From a virus (Duplodnaviria; Caudoviricetes), in the IMG/VR virus record IMGVR_UViG_3300028048_000124, positions 1 to 64,000 of that record: 64,000 nt of DNA; one strand, written 5' to 3'. Under the pieces are notes generated by a model. It was not told where the DNA came from. It ran no database searches and worked only from the letters and a program-made list of their open reading frames with translations. The stretch's first letter is position 1. Every line of letters starts with the position of its first letter. Below, in pieces: positions 1-7,834 of this stretch. A program made the position numbers and the translations under genes.

Positions 1-63
1 CTTCTCAATCCAGGTCGTTTTGCCTGCGCCAGGGTCACCACGCATCAATAATAGAGTTCTCAT
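1..63 (-). CDS. 5' fragment of a P-loop kinase, polynucleotide kinase (Pnk)-like; continues off the left edge
   Basis: Hand translation from ATG at 63 gives MRTLLLMRGDPGAGKTTWIEK. The N-terminal Walker A (GxPGxGKT) is typical of T4 Pnk/AAA_33 kinases. AAGGA SD upstream. Confidence 0.6.
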   Translation of the reverse strand, partial: MRTLLLMRGDPGAGKTTWIEK

Positions 64-75
64 TTCCTTTCTCCC

Positions 76-288
76 TTAATTTCTTCGGCTGATGGCCAGA
101 TATATCGCCATCAGAACCAAGAAGATTACCAGGTCTAACGCCAACGGCATCCAGAGTGGGAAGAATACCCAAAACCAACTGAACGTGATGGCTCCGACCA
201 ATTTCAATATGAGGAATACGATGAATGTCACGAAGCCCATGAACTCAAGGCTTAGCGATATGTGTATCCCAGTGTGTTTGTCTTCCAT
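76..288 (-). CDS. small two-helix membrane protein, hypothetical
   Basis: 70 aa, two hydrophobic segments, GGAGGAG SD. Confidence 0.7.
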   Translation of the reverse strand: MEDKHTGIHISLSLEFMGFVTFIVFLILKLVGAITFSWFWVFFPLWMPLALDLVIFLVLMAIYLAISRRN

Positions 289-310
289 TCGGTCTCCTCC
301 AATCGTAAAT

Positions 311-340
311 ATTATACACCGTATTTGGGAAGGATGTCAA
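311..340 (-). promoter_or_regulatory. sigmaA/70-type promoter
   Basis: TTGACA-18-TATAAT on the minus strand, overlapping the end of the cca gene. Confidence 0.65.
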
Positions 341-1766
341 CTTTAATTATGTCTATGAGTTTTTCCCTCTCGTTCAAACTCGGGTCGTCCAACACTTTTT
401 CCATGAGGTATTGGAGCGTGTCACCCACTTGTTTTCCCTTGAGGCCGAGGTCCATCAGGACATACCCGTCGACGGCCAACCCGGCCAACGTAAGCGGCTG
501 TTTGGTGGTGATTACCTCGTTGTATCTCCCGTAGCACGTGGCTATGTTGTAGATTGCGTATCTGACGTCAACCATGAGGTTATGGGCGGTGGCATCGGCT
601 CGACGCAACTTCATGAATTCGAGGAAGTTGTCTACCCCGATTTCGTTCAATGCCTTTTTGAATTTAGACATCTTGCACCTGGCCAACTCGACGTCATGGT
701 ATCTGACGTATGTGGAAATCCTTTCGATTTGCTCGTTTGAGAATTTCAATATCCCCATCAAATCCAAGGCTATTTTCTCGGATTCGTATTGATGGTCATA
801 ATAACTATATTCGCCGGAGCCGTCGTCCTTAGGCGTTTTGACTGCCGGCTTCCCGGTGTCATGTAACAACGCCGCCCACCTCAATTCGAACACCTTGGGG
901 ACGCCTTTTACGACGTCGATGGTGTGGTGGAACACGTCCGTGTAATGCCACTTGCTCCCGTGCTCGCAACGAAGCATGTCTCCGAGTGGGGTCATCCCGT
1001 CGAATAGGAACGGCTCAAGTCCGGTAAGGACAACGTACACTAGAACTTCCGGCATATCGCTCATCAACGTCTTGGTCAACTCATCCCTGATTCTCTCCTT
1101 GGACACCTTCTGAATCAAAGGTGCGCAGGCAGAGATTGCTAAATACGTCTGCGGGTCGATGGAGAAGCCCAATTTGGCCATGAATCGAATGGCCCTTAAC
1201 ATCCTTAGGGCATCCTCGTTAAAACGCCTCACGGGGTCTCCCACGCAGCGTATGATGCCATACTCCAAATCGTTGAAGAATGATTCCTCCAACGCAAGTA
1301 CTTCTTCACTTGAGATGTCGTATGCGAAGGAGTTGACGGTGAAGTCCCTCCTCGACAAATCCTCTTCCAGGGACGGGACGAACGTGACCTCGTCAGGATG
1401 CCTTCCGTCGGTGTATTTTCCATCTACCCTATAGGTTGTGATTTCGAAGAACCAGTCATACATCCTGTCGTGGACGGTGATGGTTCCGTGTTTGATGCCG
1501 GTATCGATGAACGTGTATCTCTTGATGGTCTTCCCATCCTCCGTGAATTCGGCCTCGCCCAATAACGACTTGACCTCGTCCGGTTTGAGGTTGGTACAGA
1601 GGTCGTAATCGGCCGGAACATTGCCCAAGAGCAAGTCCCTGACGCATCCGCCAACCAAATACAATTCATCATCGGATTCGGAAAAGACACACGCCATGTC
1701 CGCAAGGCTGCTAACTATATCTCTGTCCGTTATGGACTTCAATAAATTAATACTCTTTCTGAACAT
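312..1766 (-). CDS. cca: class II CCA-adding tRNA nucleotidyltransferase with HD domain
   Basis: Motifs LYLVGGCVRDLLLG, DYD, EITTYR, EDLSRRDFTVNS, EDALRMLRAIRF and HD region HHT...LLHDTGKP. Start moved to ATG 1766 behind a GAGGAGG SD. Confidence 0.92.
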   Translation of the reverse strand: MFRKSINLLKSITDRDIVSSLADMACVFSESDDELYLVGGCVRDLLLGNVPADYDLCTNLKPDEVKSLLGEAEFTEDGKTIKRYTFIDTGIKHGTITVHDRMYDWFFEITTYRVDGKYTDGRHPDEVTFVPSLEEDLSRRDFTVNSFAYDISSEEVLALEESFFNDLEYGIIRCVGDPVRRFNEDALRMLRAIRFMAKLGFSIDPQTYLAISACAPLIQKVSKERIRDELTKTLMSDMPEVLVYVVLTGLEPFLFDGMTPLGDMLRCEHGSKWHYTDVFHHTIDVVKGVPKVFELRWAALLHDTGKPAVKTPKDDGSGEYSYYDHQYESEKIALDLMGILKFSNEQIERISTYVRYHDVELARCKMSKFKKALNEIGVDNFLEFMKLRRADATAHNLMVDVRYAIYNIATCYGRYNEVITTKQPLTLAGLAVDGYVLMDLGLKGKQVGDTLQYLMEKVLDDPSLNEREKLIDIIKVDILPKYGV

Positions 1767-1802
1767 TCGTGTGTCCTCCTCTGACAATCCACCACATGGC
1801 CA

Positions 1803-2972
1803 TCAGACCATGTAGTGGATGTTCTTGTCGTATTTTCTGGTGATGACGATGTATTCGACGTGAAGTGCCTTGATACGTTCGTTCTCCGCGGATTCCTCGC
1901 GTTTCTTGGCCTTCTCAATCTCGGTGTCGTCGTCATCGATATCGTTGTCGTCGTTGTAGAGATACCACTGGACGTCCTTGACCTTGCTTCCGTCGACGAC
2001 GGTTGCTCCGAGGGTCGTGTTGTAATTGCCGTGGATTGGGTTGAACGTGACGTAGACGGAACCTTTGTTCATATACTTCAACTCGACTTCGACTTCGGAA
2101 TCGGAATCGAAGAGGTCGAGGTATTGCTCGCGGGTCTGGGTCTTGGTGCCATCGCTGAACACGACCTGGATTTTGTATCTCTCGCGTTCGATGTTGATGA
2201 TGTTGAGGTCCTGGATGCTTGATTCGAAGGTGTAGCCTTGGGACAATTCCCAGGCGATTGAACGCAAGCAGTCGTAGTTTAGGTCGACCTTGGAACTGAA
2301 GTTGATTACCTTGTCGATTTCACCCCAGAACTTCCTGTCGAGTTTGTCCTGCAGATATTCACGGATTTCGGCGGGATTCGGATACCCGAATCTGAAATGG
2401 TAGTGGAATCTGCCGGGACGGTTGACCAGGAACTCATTAAGTTTCTCAAGCGAGTTGCAGGTGACGATGAACATCTTCTTGCCCTGCTCCATGCCATCCA
2501 ATAGGGTGAGCAATTCGGCCTGGGCGTCGGCTGGGTCCTCGTCGTTCCCACGGCGTTTTGAGACGAAGGTTTTGTCGAACTCGTCGAAGATGATTACGAC
2601 CTCCTGCTGAATCTCGGAGAGGAAGTCAGCGATGCCTTTGACGTATTCGTTGACGGTGATGACCGGATAGCCTTCGGAGACGGCGCGTTCGGCGATTAAC
2701 TTGGCGCAAACCGACTTGCCGATGCCCTTCGCACCCGAGAGGATGACGCCGAGGTTACGATTGAACTTCTTAAATGAGTTCATGACCTTGTCGACCTTCT
2801 GGGCATGGACGCCGTAAATCTTTTCGTTGACCTTGATGTCTTCCTTCAATTCGAGGTAGAAACCTGAGAACTGGCTGAAACGCACGATATACGTTTGTGG
2901 CGGAAGTTGGTCGTATGTCCTTAGATTGTCATCGTAGATTCGATAGACGTTTCCGGTATTGACGATTTTCAT
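1803..2972 (-). CDS. AAA+ ATPase
   Basis: Walker A GAKGIGKS, Walker B IIFDEFDK, sensor/Arg-finger region NRPGRF. Confidence 0.85.
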   Translation of the reverse strand: MKIVNTGNVYRIYDDNLRTYDQLPPQTYIVRFSQFSGFYLELKEDIKVNEKIYGVHAQKVDKVMNSFKKFNRNLGVILSGAKGIGKSVCAKLIAERAVSEGYPVITVNEYVKGIADFLSEIQQEVVIIFDEFDKTFVSKRRGNDEDPADAQAELLTLLDGMEQGKKMFIVTCNSLEKLNEFLVNRPGRFHYHFRFGYPNPAEIREYLQDKLDRKFWGEIDKVINFSSKVDLNYDCLRSIAWELSQGYTFESSIQDLNIINIERERYKIQVVFSDGTKTQTREQYLDLFDSDSEVEVELKYMNKGSVYVTFNPIHGNYNTTLGATVVDGSKVKDVQWYLYNDDNDIDDDDTEIEKAKKREESAENERIKALHVEYIVITRKYDKNIHYMV

Positions 2973-2989
2973 TGTTTTTGTTTTCCTCC

Positions 2990-3310
2990 TTAACCTTCAA
3001 TCCATTCGCCGGATAGGTTTAACATTAACTTGTTGTTGTAATAGATGTCCACAGCATATGTGTAATAGCCATTCTGCTGGGAATAGCAAGGAACGTAATA
3101 CATCTTGCCGGGGTTACCGAATCGGAACCCGTAGTCGCCCACCCCCACAAAGATAAGGTCCGGTGAGAAGTCTTCCTTCTCGATGCCGGTGTCGCGCAAT
3201 TGCTCGAAGTCGGCATAGTTGCATTCGCAACAATCCTGGTCATGGTCATACGTGATTTTGTAACCGTTGTCGAACAAGACCATTTCGTCGTTTATTTTGA
3301 CTACTTTCAT
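2990..3310 (-). CDS. hypothetical protein (106 aa, several Cys)
   Basis: Start MKVVKIND at 3310 behind GAAAGGA SD. The longer ORF call overlaps two other genes. Confidence 0.7.
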   Translation of the reverse strand: MKVVKINDEMVLFDNGYKITYDHDQDCCECNYADFEQLRDTGIEKEDFSPDLIFVGVGDYGFRFGNPGKMYYVPCYSQQNGYYTYAVDIYYNNKLMLNLSGEWIEG

Positions 3311-3549
3311 AAGATTCCTTTCCTCCAGTCCATGAGTCTGTCGATTACCCACTTTATGTCGTCCAACATGGCCGACGTGAGTTCGACTCCGTCCCTTGGG
3401 ATGAAGACATATCGTTTGTGCCGGAACCTGATTGTCCCCAATATGTTGAAGTGCTTTTTGTCGGTTAGCATCAGCGTCCTGGTCTCTTCGCATGACGCGA
3501 TGTCCTCGTAATCGATGATTGGGGAACTGAAATGCGGGAACACCATCAT
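3307..3549 (-). CDS. hypothetical protein
   Basis: 80 aa, ATGA-type overlaps with both neighbours. Confidence 0.65.
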   Translation of the reverse strand: MMVFPHFSSPIIDYEDIASCEETRTLMLTDKKHFNILGTIRFRHKRYVFIPRDGVELTSAMLDDIKWVIDRLMDWRKGIL

Positions 3550-3722
3550 TCGAAGTCCTCCTTGGAAAATAATTCATTAAAGAAACCTTCAACATAGCCA
3601 AAATCAGTGATGATAGTTTTACCAGTTGAAGTTTTACCAGTTGTTGTATTACTGTGTTCCAAAACAAATTCAATTTCTGCTAATAATTTTTCAGCATTTA
3701 CTTCTTTTCCTAAAAATTTCAT
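3546..3722 (-). CDS. hypothetical protein (58 aa), AT-rich
   Basis: MKFLGKEVNAEKLL... behind GGAGG SD. The start abuts the upstream stop. Confidence 0.6.
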   Translation of the reverse strand: MKFLGKEVNAEKLLAEIEFVLEHSNTTTGKTSTGKTIITDFGYVEGFFNELFSKEDFE

Positions 3723-4666
3723 TATTGAAAATCCTCCTTGTTGATTACGGTTACCGGCCTTCCGTATTGGAACGTACCTGGCAATGGCAATCCTGGGATT
3801 TGAGAATCGTTGACGATGCACTCGAACTTGGGCGTTCCCTTATCGTCAACGTATGGTTCCTCCCCGGCCGCGATTCCGTCTTCGTAGATTCCGGCCACCT
3901 CTTTGCAGAATGAGTGGGGATTCGCACGGATTGCCGAGGTTCTGACCAACACGTGGTATCCGCCGCTGGTGCTTACGATTACGTAATTGCCTTTGCGGAA
4001 TGTGTTGGCGAGGAGGTTCCTCAACTGCCGCTCGTATGACACGAATATGTCGGATTGGAACCGGGTGCCTTTTTTTGGGTCCTTGAACCAGGACGGAACG
4101 TCGATATCGAAGTCCATCCAATATCTTGAGCCCTTGCAATTGGCTTTGAAGTGCTTTAGGTTGTTTTCTAGATTGCCGAACAACTGGTAACTCTGTAGGT
4201 TATCGGCCGTTGTCTTCCCACCTAGCATCGCCTTGCAGATTGCCGTCTTGACGTCGTTGATTTGGGTCACGATGGCATCGGCAACCTTGATGTCGTCGCA
4301 CGGATTTACGTAAAAGATGACGGAGAGCGTCTTCTCGGGGAGCGGTTCACCGAGGGAAGTGGTATACGCATACTTATCGACGTTGAACCTTCTGACCCTT
4401 TTGAGGAAACCCTCGAAGGTCCAGTTGTTATCCTCGTCGATGTAAAGTGCGTCCTTGAATTTGCCCAACCTGACGGATTGGGTCGCAAGGAATTCCGATT
4501 CCTTTCTGGTGAGACCGTAAGTGGCCTGTTCCTCTTTGGTCAACTTCTTATGCCTGGACACGAACACCATGGAATAGGATTCGTTTACCTGTGGCTTTTG
4601 GATGACGTGGTCGTAAAACCACTTCAACTCGTTGACGTCCGAGATTACTTGGTACATCTCTCCCAT
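3722..4666 (-). CDS. possible AEP-superfamily primase-polymerase-like protein
   Basis: MDFDID (DxD) and STSGGYHVLV (sxH) motifs in AEP order. Start MGEMYQ at 4666 behind AAGGAGG. Confidence 0.45.
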   Translation of the reverse strand: MGEMYQVISDVNELKWFYDHVIQKPQVNESYSMVFVSRHKKLTKEEQATYGLTRKESEFLATQSVRLGKFKDALYIDEDNNWTFEGFLKRVRRFNVDKYAYTTSLGEPLPEKTLSVIFYVNPCDDIKVADAIVTQINDVKTAICKAMLGGKTTADNLQSYQLFGNLENNLKHFKANCKGSRYWMDFDIDVPSWFKDPKKGTRFQSDIFVSYERQLRNLLANTFRKGNYVIVSTSGGYHVLVRTSAIRANPHSFCKEVAGIYEDGIAAGEEPYVDDKGTPKFECIVNDSQIPGLPLPGTFQYGRPVTVINKEDFQ

Positions 4667-4696
4667 AATGGCCCTCCTTTCAAGTCGGTCATACTT

Positions 4697-4726
4697 ATTA
4701 TACACCGAAATTTGGATTAGTAGCAA
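4697..4726 (-). promoter_or_regulatory. sigmaA-type promoter
   Basis: TTGCTA-18-TATAAT. Confidence 0.55.
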
Positions 4727-4875
4727 TATTTTAGATTCTGGGTGTGTTTTTGTTTGCGGCTGTAGACAGTGCGGTCGCGGAAGATGTGCATGCGGGTGGA
4801 ACGTTGCACATCGAAGTGCATCTCGTTCCTGAGTTTGGTCGGGTCGACCTTGATTGTCATGGTTTCGATTTTCAT
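4717..4875 (-). CDS. 52-aa basic protein, ArfA-like (absent from the ORF track, <60 aa)
   Basis: Hand translation MKIETMTIKVDPTKLRNEMHFDVQRSTRMHIFRDRTVYSRKQKHTQNLKYCY*. AAGAAGGA SD and its own promoter. YxRKxKH resembles the ArfA motif. Confidence 0.55.
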   Translation of the reverse strand: MKIETMTIKVDPTKLRNEMHFDVQRSTRMHIFRDRTVYSRKQKHTQNLKYCY

Positions 4876-4902
4876 TGTTGTTTCCTTCTTTCAACGTCGA
4901 TG

Positions 4903-4931
4903 ATTATACCACCGACCGAAACCATATTCAA
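4903..4931 (-). promoter_or_regulatory. sigmaA-type promoter
   Basis: TTGAAT-17-TATAAT with extended -10 TG. Confidence 0.7.
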
Positions 4932-4932
4932 G

Positions 4933-5550
4933 TCATTTTTTGTGTCTTTGGTCGAAAACCTTCCTGTTGTTGTATTTGACGCTATATTCGTTTCTGATTT
5001 TCTTGACCTCGTCGTAGGCGGTGTTGACCGGGCCGTACTCCGGACAGTGCTTTGCATATGAGCAGGCCGAGACGATTGACTCGACGAATGAGAGCAGGAA
5101 TTTCATGATTTCCCACTTGTCGGAAACGTCGTCCTTTGCATCATAACTATGCACGGATTTGATTCCGTATTCGCAGCCTGTGCACAAACCCTCCTTCAGG
5201 GCGTTTTTAAGGGCCTTCAGAAGGTCGGCGTTGAAGAGGAAGTTCCGAAACCTGTACTCGCTGTATTTGAGGTTCCTGTCGGCCATGTTAACGAGATAGA
5301 TTTCGGCCTGGAAGACCTTCATCGAGGGAATCTCCCCGATGTGGTCGCTGCAGCATACGAACTTCAAATCGTTTCCGTCGCGCCAATGGGTGGTGAATGG
5401 GTTGGTCTTCGATGTGAACATGACGGCCAATGCGATGTTGGGGACGTCTGTCTCGAAAAGGTAAAGCGGGTGGTCTGACACCAATGTCCCGTCGTGGTTG
5501 ACGAACTTGCTGCAGAGGTAGGCTGTTCCTAGGATTCTCTTGATTTCCAT
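4933..5550 (-). CDS. hypothetical protein
   Basis: 205 aa, GAAAGGA SD. Confidence 0.7.
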   Translation of the reverse strand: MEIKRILGTAYLCSKFVNHDGTLVSDHPLYLFETDVPNIALAVMFTSKTNPFTTHWRDGNDLKFVCCSDHIGEIPSMKVFQAEIYLVNMADRNLKYSEYRFRNFLFNADLLKALKNALKEGLCTGCEYGIKSVHSYDAKDDVSDKWEIMKFLLSFVESIVSACSYAKHCPEYGPVNTAYDEVKKIRNEYSVKYNNRKVFDQRHKK

Positions 5551-5580
5551 AACGATGGTTTCCTTTCAAGGGTTTAAGTG

Positions 5581-5654
5581 TGGTGCCGGATACTCGAATC
5601 GAACGGGTGTCTAGGGGTTACGAAGCCCTTGTTCTGCCACTGAACTAATCCGGC
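5581..5654 (-). tRNA. tRNA-Thr(CGU), CCA encoded
   Basis: GCCGGAU/AUCCGGC acceptor stem, GUUC/GAAC D stem, anticodon loop UUCGUAA, T loop UUCGAUU, A73-CCA end. Two stem mismatches. Confidence 0.88.
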
Positions 5655-5665
5655 TTATCGTCTAT

Positions 5666-5694
5666 AGTATATATCAAAAAGAAAAAGGTGTCAA
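5666..5694 (-). promoter_or_regulatory. sigmaA-type promoter for the tRNA
   Basis: TTGACA-17-TATACT. Confidence 0.75.
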
Positions 5695-5713
5695 ATCATT
5701 TTCAATCGACACC
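5676..5713 (-). terminator. intrinsic terminator after nrdG
   Basis: GGTGTC...GACACC stem followed by TTTTTCTTTTT. It overlaps the -35 box of the tRNA promoter. Confidence 0.6.
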
Positions 5714-5722
5714 CTGATTTTC

Positions 5723-6349
5723 TTAGTCCTTGTTGTCTTCCGCGGTGATTATGAACCTCGCCGGATTGCCAACCTTTTCCTTGCGGAATTTATGTGTGAC
5801 GTTCATCCAGACGAGTTCTCCGTTGATTTCCTTCTTCTCGAATAGGAGTTGGTTGCTCCAGGGGAACTGCAACACGCCGTTGTTGGTTTGATGCCATTCC
5901 TCGACCGGTCCCTTCGGCATAATCCATCTGCCGATTTTGTAAAGGTCCAGGTTTTCGAGCAACTCCATGCCCAAGAACTCCCTGCCGCTGTACATCCCGA
6001 CCTTGAGTTCGGGATATTTGCCGTGGATGTACTTGGCGATTCTAACGACGTCCTTGTGGTCGCTGTCGCCGCCCATCAGGCCGAACACCGTGATTCCGGG
6101 ATTTTCAGCAATCAGTTTGTCGATTTCCTCATTTGTTAATAATGTACCAACATAGGGTCTCAACCAAGGCTCAGAGCACTGGGAACAGTGACAGACACAC
6201 CCTGTAATATTTACACATAGCGTAATTTCATCGGGAAACTCCGCAAATGTAACTGCTACATCATAGTACTTAAGCGGTTTACCAAGGGATTCATTTTCTT
6301 CTTCTTTATTTTTTAAGTTTAAGTCTTCCGTACATATATCCTTGAGCAT
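5723..6349 (-). CDS. nrdG: anaerobic ribonucleotide reductase activating enzyme (radical SAM)
   Basis: TFAEFPDEITLCVNITGCVCHCSQC (CxxxCxxC), LMGGD, YSG, KIG motifs. Near nrdD. Confidence 0.88.
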   Translation of the reverse strand: MLKDICTEDLNLKNKEEENESLGKPLKYYDVAVTFAEFPDEITLCVNITGCVCHCSQCSEPWLRPYVGTLLTNEEIDKLIAENPGITVFGLMGGDSDHKDVVRIAKYIHGKYPELKVGMYSGREFLGMELLENLDLYKIGRWIMPKGPVEEWHQTNNGVLQFPWSNQLLFEKKEINGELVWMNVTHKFRKEKVGNPARFIITAEDNKD

Positions 6350-6373
6350 AAGAATTTCCTTTCGTTGATATCG

Positions 6374-7510
6374 TTATTCGATTCCCCTTAGGTAGGACAT
6401 AGCCTCTATCTTGGAGAATCTTTCGAGAAGCGGTCTCAACGCATCCGAATCGAACGGTGACGTGGAATCGCCATCAAGATAATCGATTACGTCGTTAAGG
6501 GCCTGTGCTATCTTTTCTTCTGAATCGAGCCTTAGTTTGCTAACTCCGTACATCTTCATGAAACTGCTGATGAATTCGTCGGACAACTCCTGGTCGCTTA
6601 GGTCCCTGAGAACCTCAGGAATCTTCCCTTCGAAGTCGACCCCGTACTCATTCTCAAGCATCATGAAGTACGCTTGGCTTTTATTGTTTTTCGGAGGATA
6701 TTCCAACTCTCCCTCTATCTTGTAAATCTTCTTGGAGATTGAGTTCGCCATCTTCGGGAGGAATTGCTGCGAGTGCAGCCTTCTCGCCTCCGAACCGGGC
6801 ATGTCGGCAATCTCGAGTTTTCCCGTGTCGGAATTCAGATAGAACGCCTTGACCTCAGGGTCGTTTCTGACGACCTGGGTTTCTGACGCAGGCAACTCCC
6901 TGATGAACTTGGCGAGTTCCGTCTCTATCTTCTTCCTTGAGTGCGATAGGAAATATGTCCTGATGTCCTTTTGGCCGTCCCTGACGTCGTATGCCACGAA
7001 CTCGCAGAATGTGTTGCCAACCGGGATTTCCCTGCCGTCCGGTGAATTGGCGGCCGGGATGTTGTACTTCCTGTTGGCCCTTCTTCTTATCTTGATGAAC
7101 CTCTCATTGCCGTCATGTTCTGTCACCCACCCGATTACGGGGCCGAACCTGTCCTTTGAATCTCCGGTTGGAAGATATTCGGCCAATTCCAAAGCGTTTG
7201 CCTTGTATTCGCTCATTTGCCTCATTCTGGTTGGGCTTACCGACACGTCGACCTCGCTCTCGGGTGTGATTCCTATCGGTGGGAACTTCGGGTCTCCGAA
7301 ATCGAACTTCTCGCAATCCACGGTCCCGTCTCTCCTGGAGATGTTCGTCAGGACGTGTTTCTCAAGATGCCCGAATAAGTCCGCCGCATTCGAAAAACTC
7401 TCGGTCAACGCATCGTCGCAATCCCTGAACATTTCCTTGATGGATTCCGGGACCTCTCCGAAAGCGTTTATGAACAGTTCCTTTTCCGATATGCAATCAG
7501 ACTTACCCAT
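6374..7510 (-). CDS. orphan protein (378 aa) downstream of the structured RNA
   Basis: GGAGG SD with ATG at 7510. The ORF-track start at 7753 is the TTG of a -35 box. No family recognised. Confidence 0.7.
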   Translation of the reverse strand: MGKSDCISEKELFINAFGEVPESIKEMFRDCDDALTESFSNAADLFGHLEKHVLTNISRRDGTVDCEKFDFGDPKFPPIGITPESEVDVSVSPTRMRQMSEYKANALELAEYLPTGDSKDRFGPVIGWVTEHDGNERFIKIRRRANRKYNIPAANSPDGREIPVGNTFCEFVAYDVRDGQKDIRTYFLSHSRKKIETELAKFIRELPASETQVVRNDPEVKAFYLNSDTGKLEIADMPGSEARRLHSQQFLPKMANSISKKIYKIEGELEYPPKNNKSQAYFMMLENEYGVDFEGKIPEVLRDLSDQELSDEFISSFMKMYGVSKLRLDSEEKIAQALNDVIDYLDGDSTSPFDSDALRPLLERFSKIEAMSYLRGIE

Positions 7511-7524
7511 AACACCCTCCGAAT

Positions 7525-7719
7525 ATGCAAATACAACAAGAGTATCCTCCTGCCGTATCGCGATTAAGCCACATTCACCCAAGTGGCCCGGGACACGGAA
7601 TTTAATCCGGTTATAGTCAGTCTCGCCTCGCACTGACAGCCCCCGCTCGTTACCCCGGCGGAGGGAGGGACGTTTGGTCCGGCTCACGAAGTCCGGATAG
7701 GTGTCCCTCAACCTTACAT
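7525..7719 (-). ncRNA. unclassified highly structured RNA or 5' leader (~195 nt)
   Basis: Nested helices read by eye: AUGUAA/UUGCAU closing helix, GGUU/AACC, GAGGGAC/GUCCCUC, UCCGG/CCGGA, CCUCCGC/GCGGGGG, GUCAGU/ACUGAC, CCGUGUC/GAUACGG, GCCAC/GUGGC, CAGGAG/CUCUUG. It begins right after a perfect promoter. Confidence 0.6.
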
Positions 7720-7724
7720 CACCA

Positions 7725-7753
7725 ATTATACCAGAGGCATAACCGGATGTCAA
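7725..7753 (-). promoter_or_regulatory. perfect sigmaA promoter with extended -10 and A-rich UP element
   Basis: TTGACA-17-TATAAT with TG at the extended -10 position, preceded by AAAAAATAAAAAAT. Confidence 0.85.
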
Positions 7754-7805
7754 CGGCTATTTTTTATTTTTTACGAGAAGGTCAGCCTTCCTCCTCGATG
7801 ACAAC

Positions 7806-7834
7806 AGTATATCACTTATTTGATATACCGTCAA
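7806..7834 (-). promoter_or_regulatory. second, tandem sigmaA promoter
   Basis: TTGACG-17-TATACT overlapping the nrdD stop codon. Confidence 0.65.

Noticed and set aside
5551-5580. tRNA-associated theta (HDV-like) ribozyme
   Set aside because: Only 30 nt separate the tRNA 3' end from the next start codon, and they contain just the SD.
6374-7510. Orphan ORF as a free-standing homing endonuclease or reverse transcriptase serving the nrdD intron or the RNA
   Set aside because: No LAGLIDADG, GIY-YIG, HNH or YxDD motif is visible. It cannot be fully excluded without a structure search.
7525-7719. Structured RNA as RNase P RNA, cobalamin riboswitch, T-box, SRP or group II intron remnant
   Set aside because: Only fragments resemble them (GAGG..UCCGG, GGCUUA, GCCACU). 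The diagnostic cores (GAGGAAAGUCC/P4, B12 box, T-box antiterminator, domain V) are absent.
7511-7753. 81-codon N-terminal extension of the orphan ORF from TTG 7753
   Set aside because: The TTG is the -35 hexamer of a perfect promoter, so it lies upstream of that promoter's transcript. A good GGAGG-ATG exists at 7510. It is kept only as a caveat.
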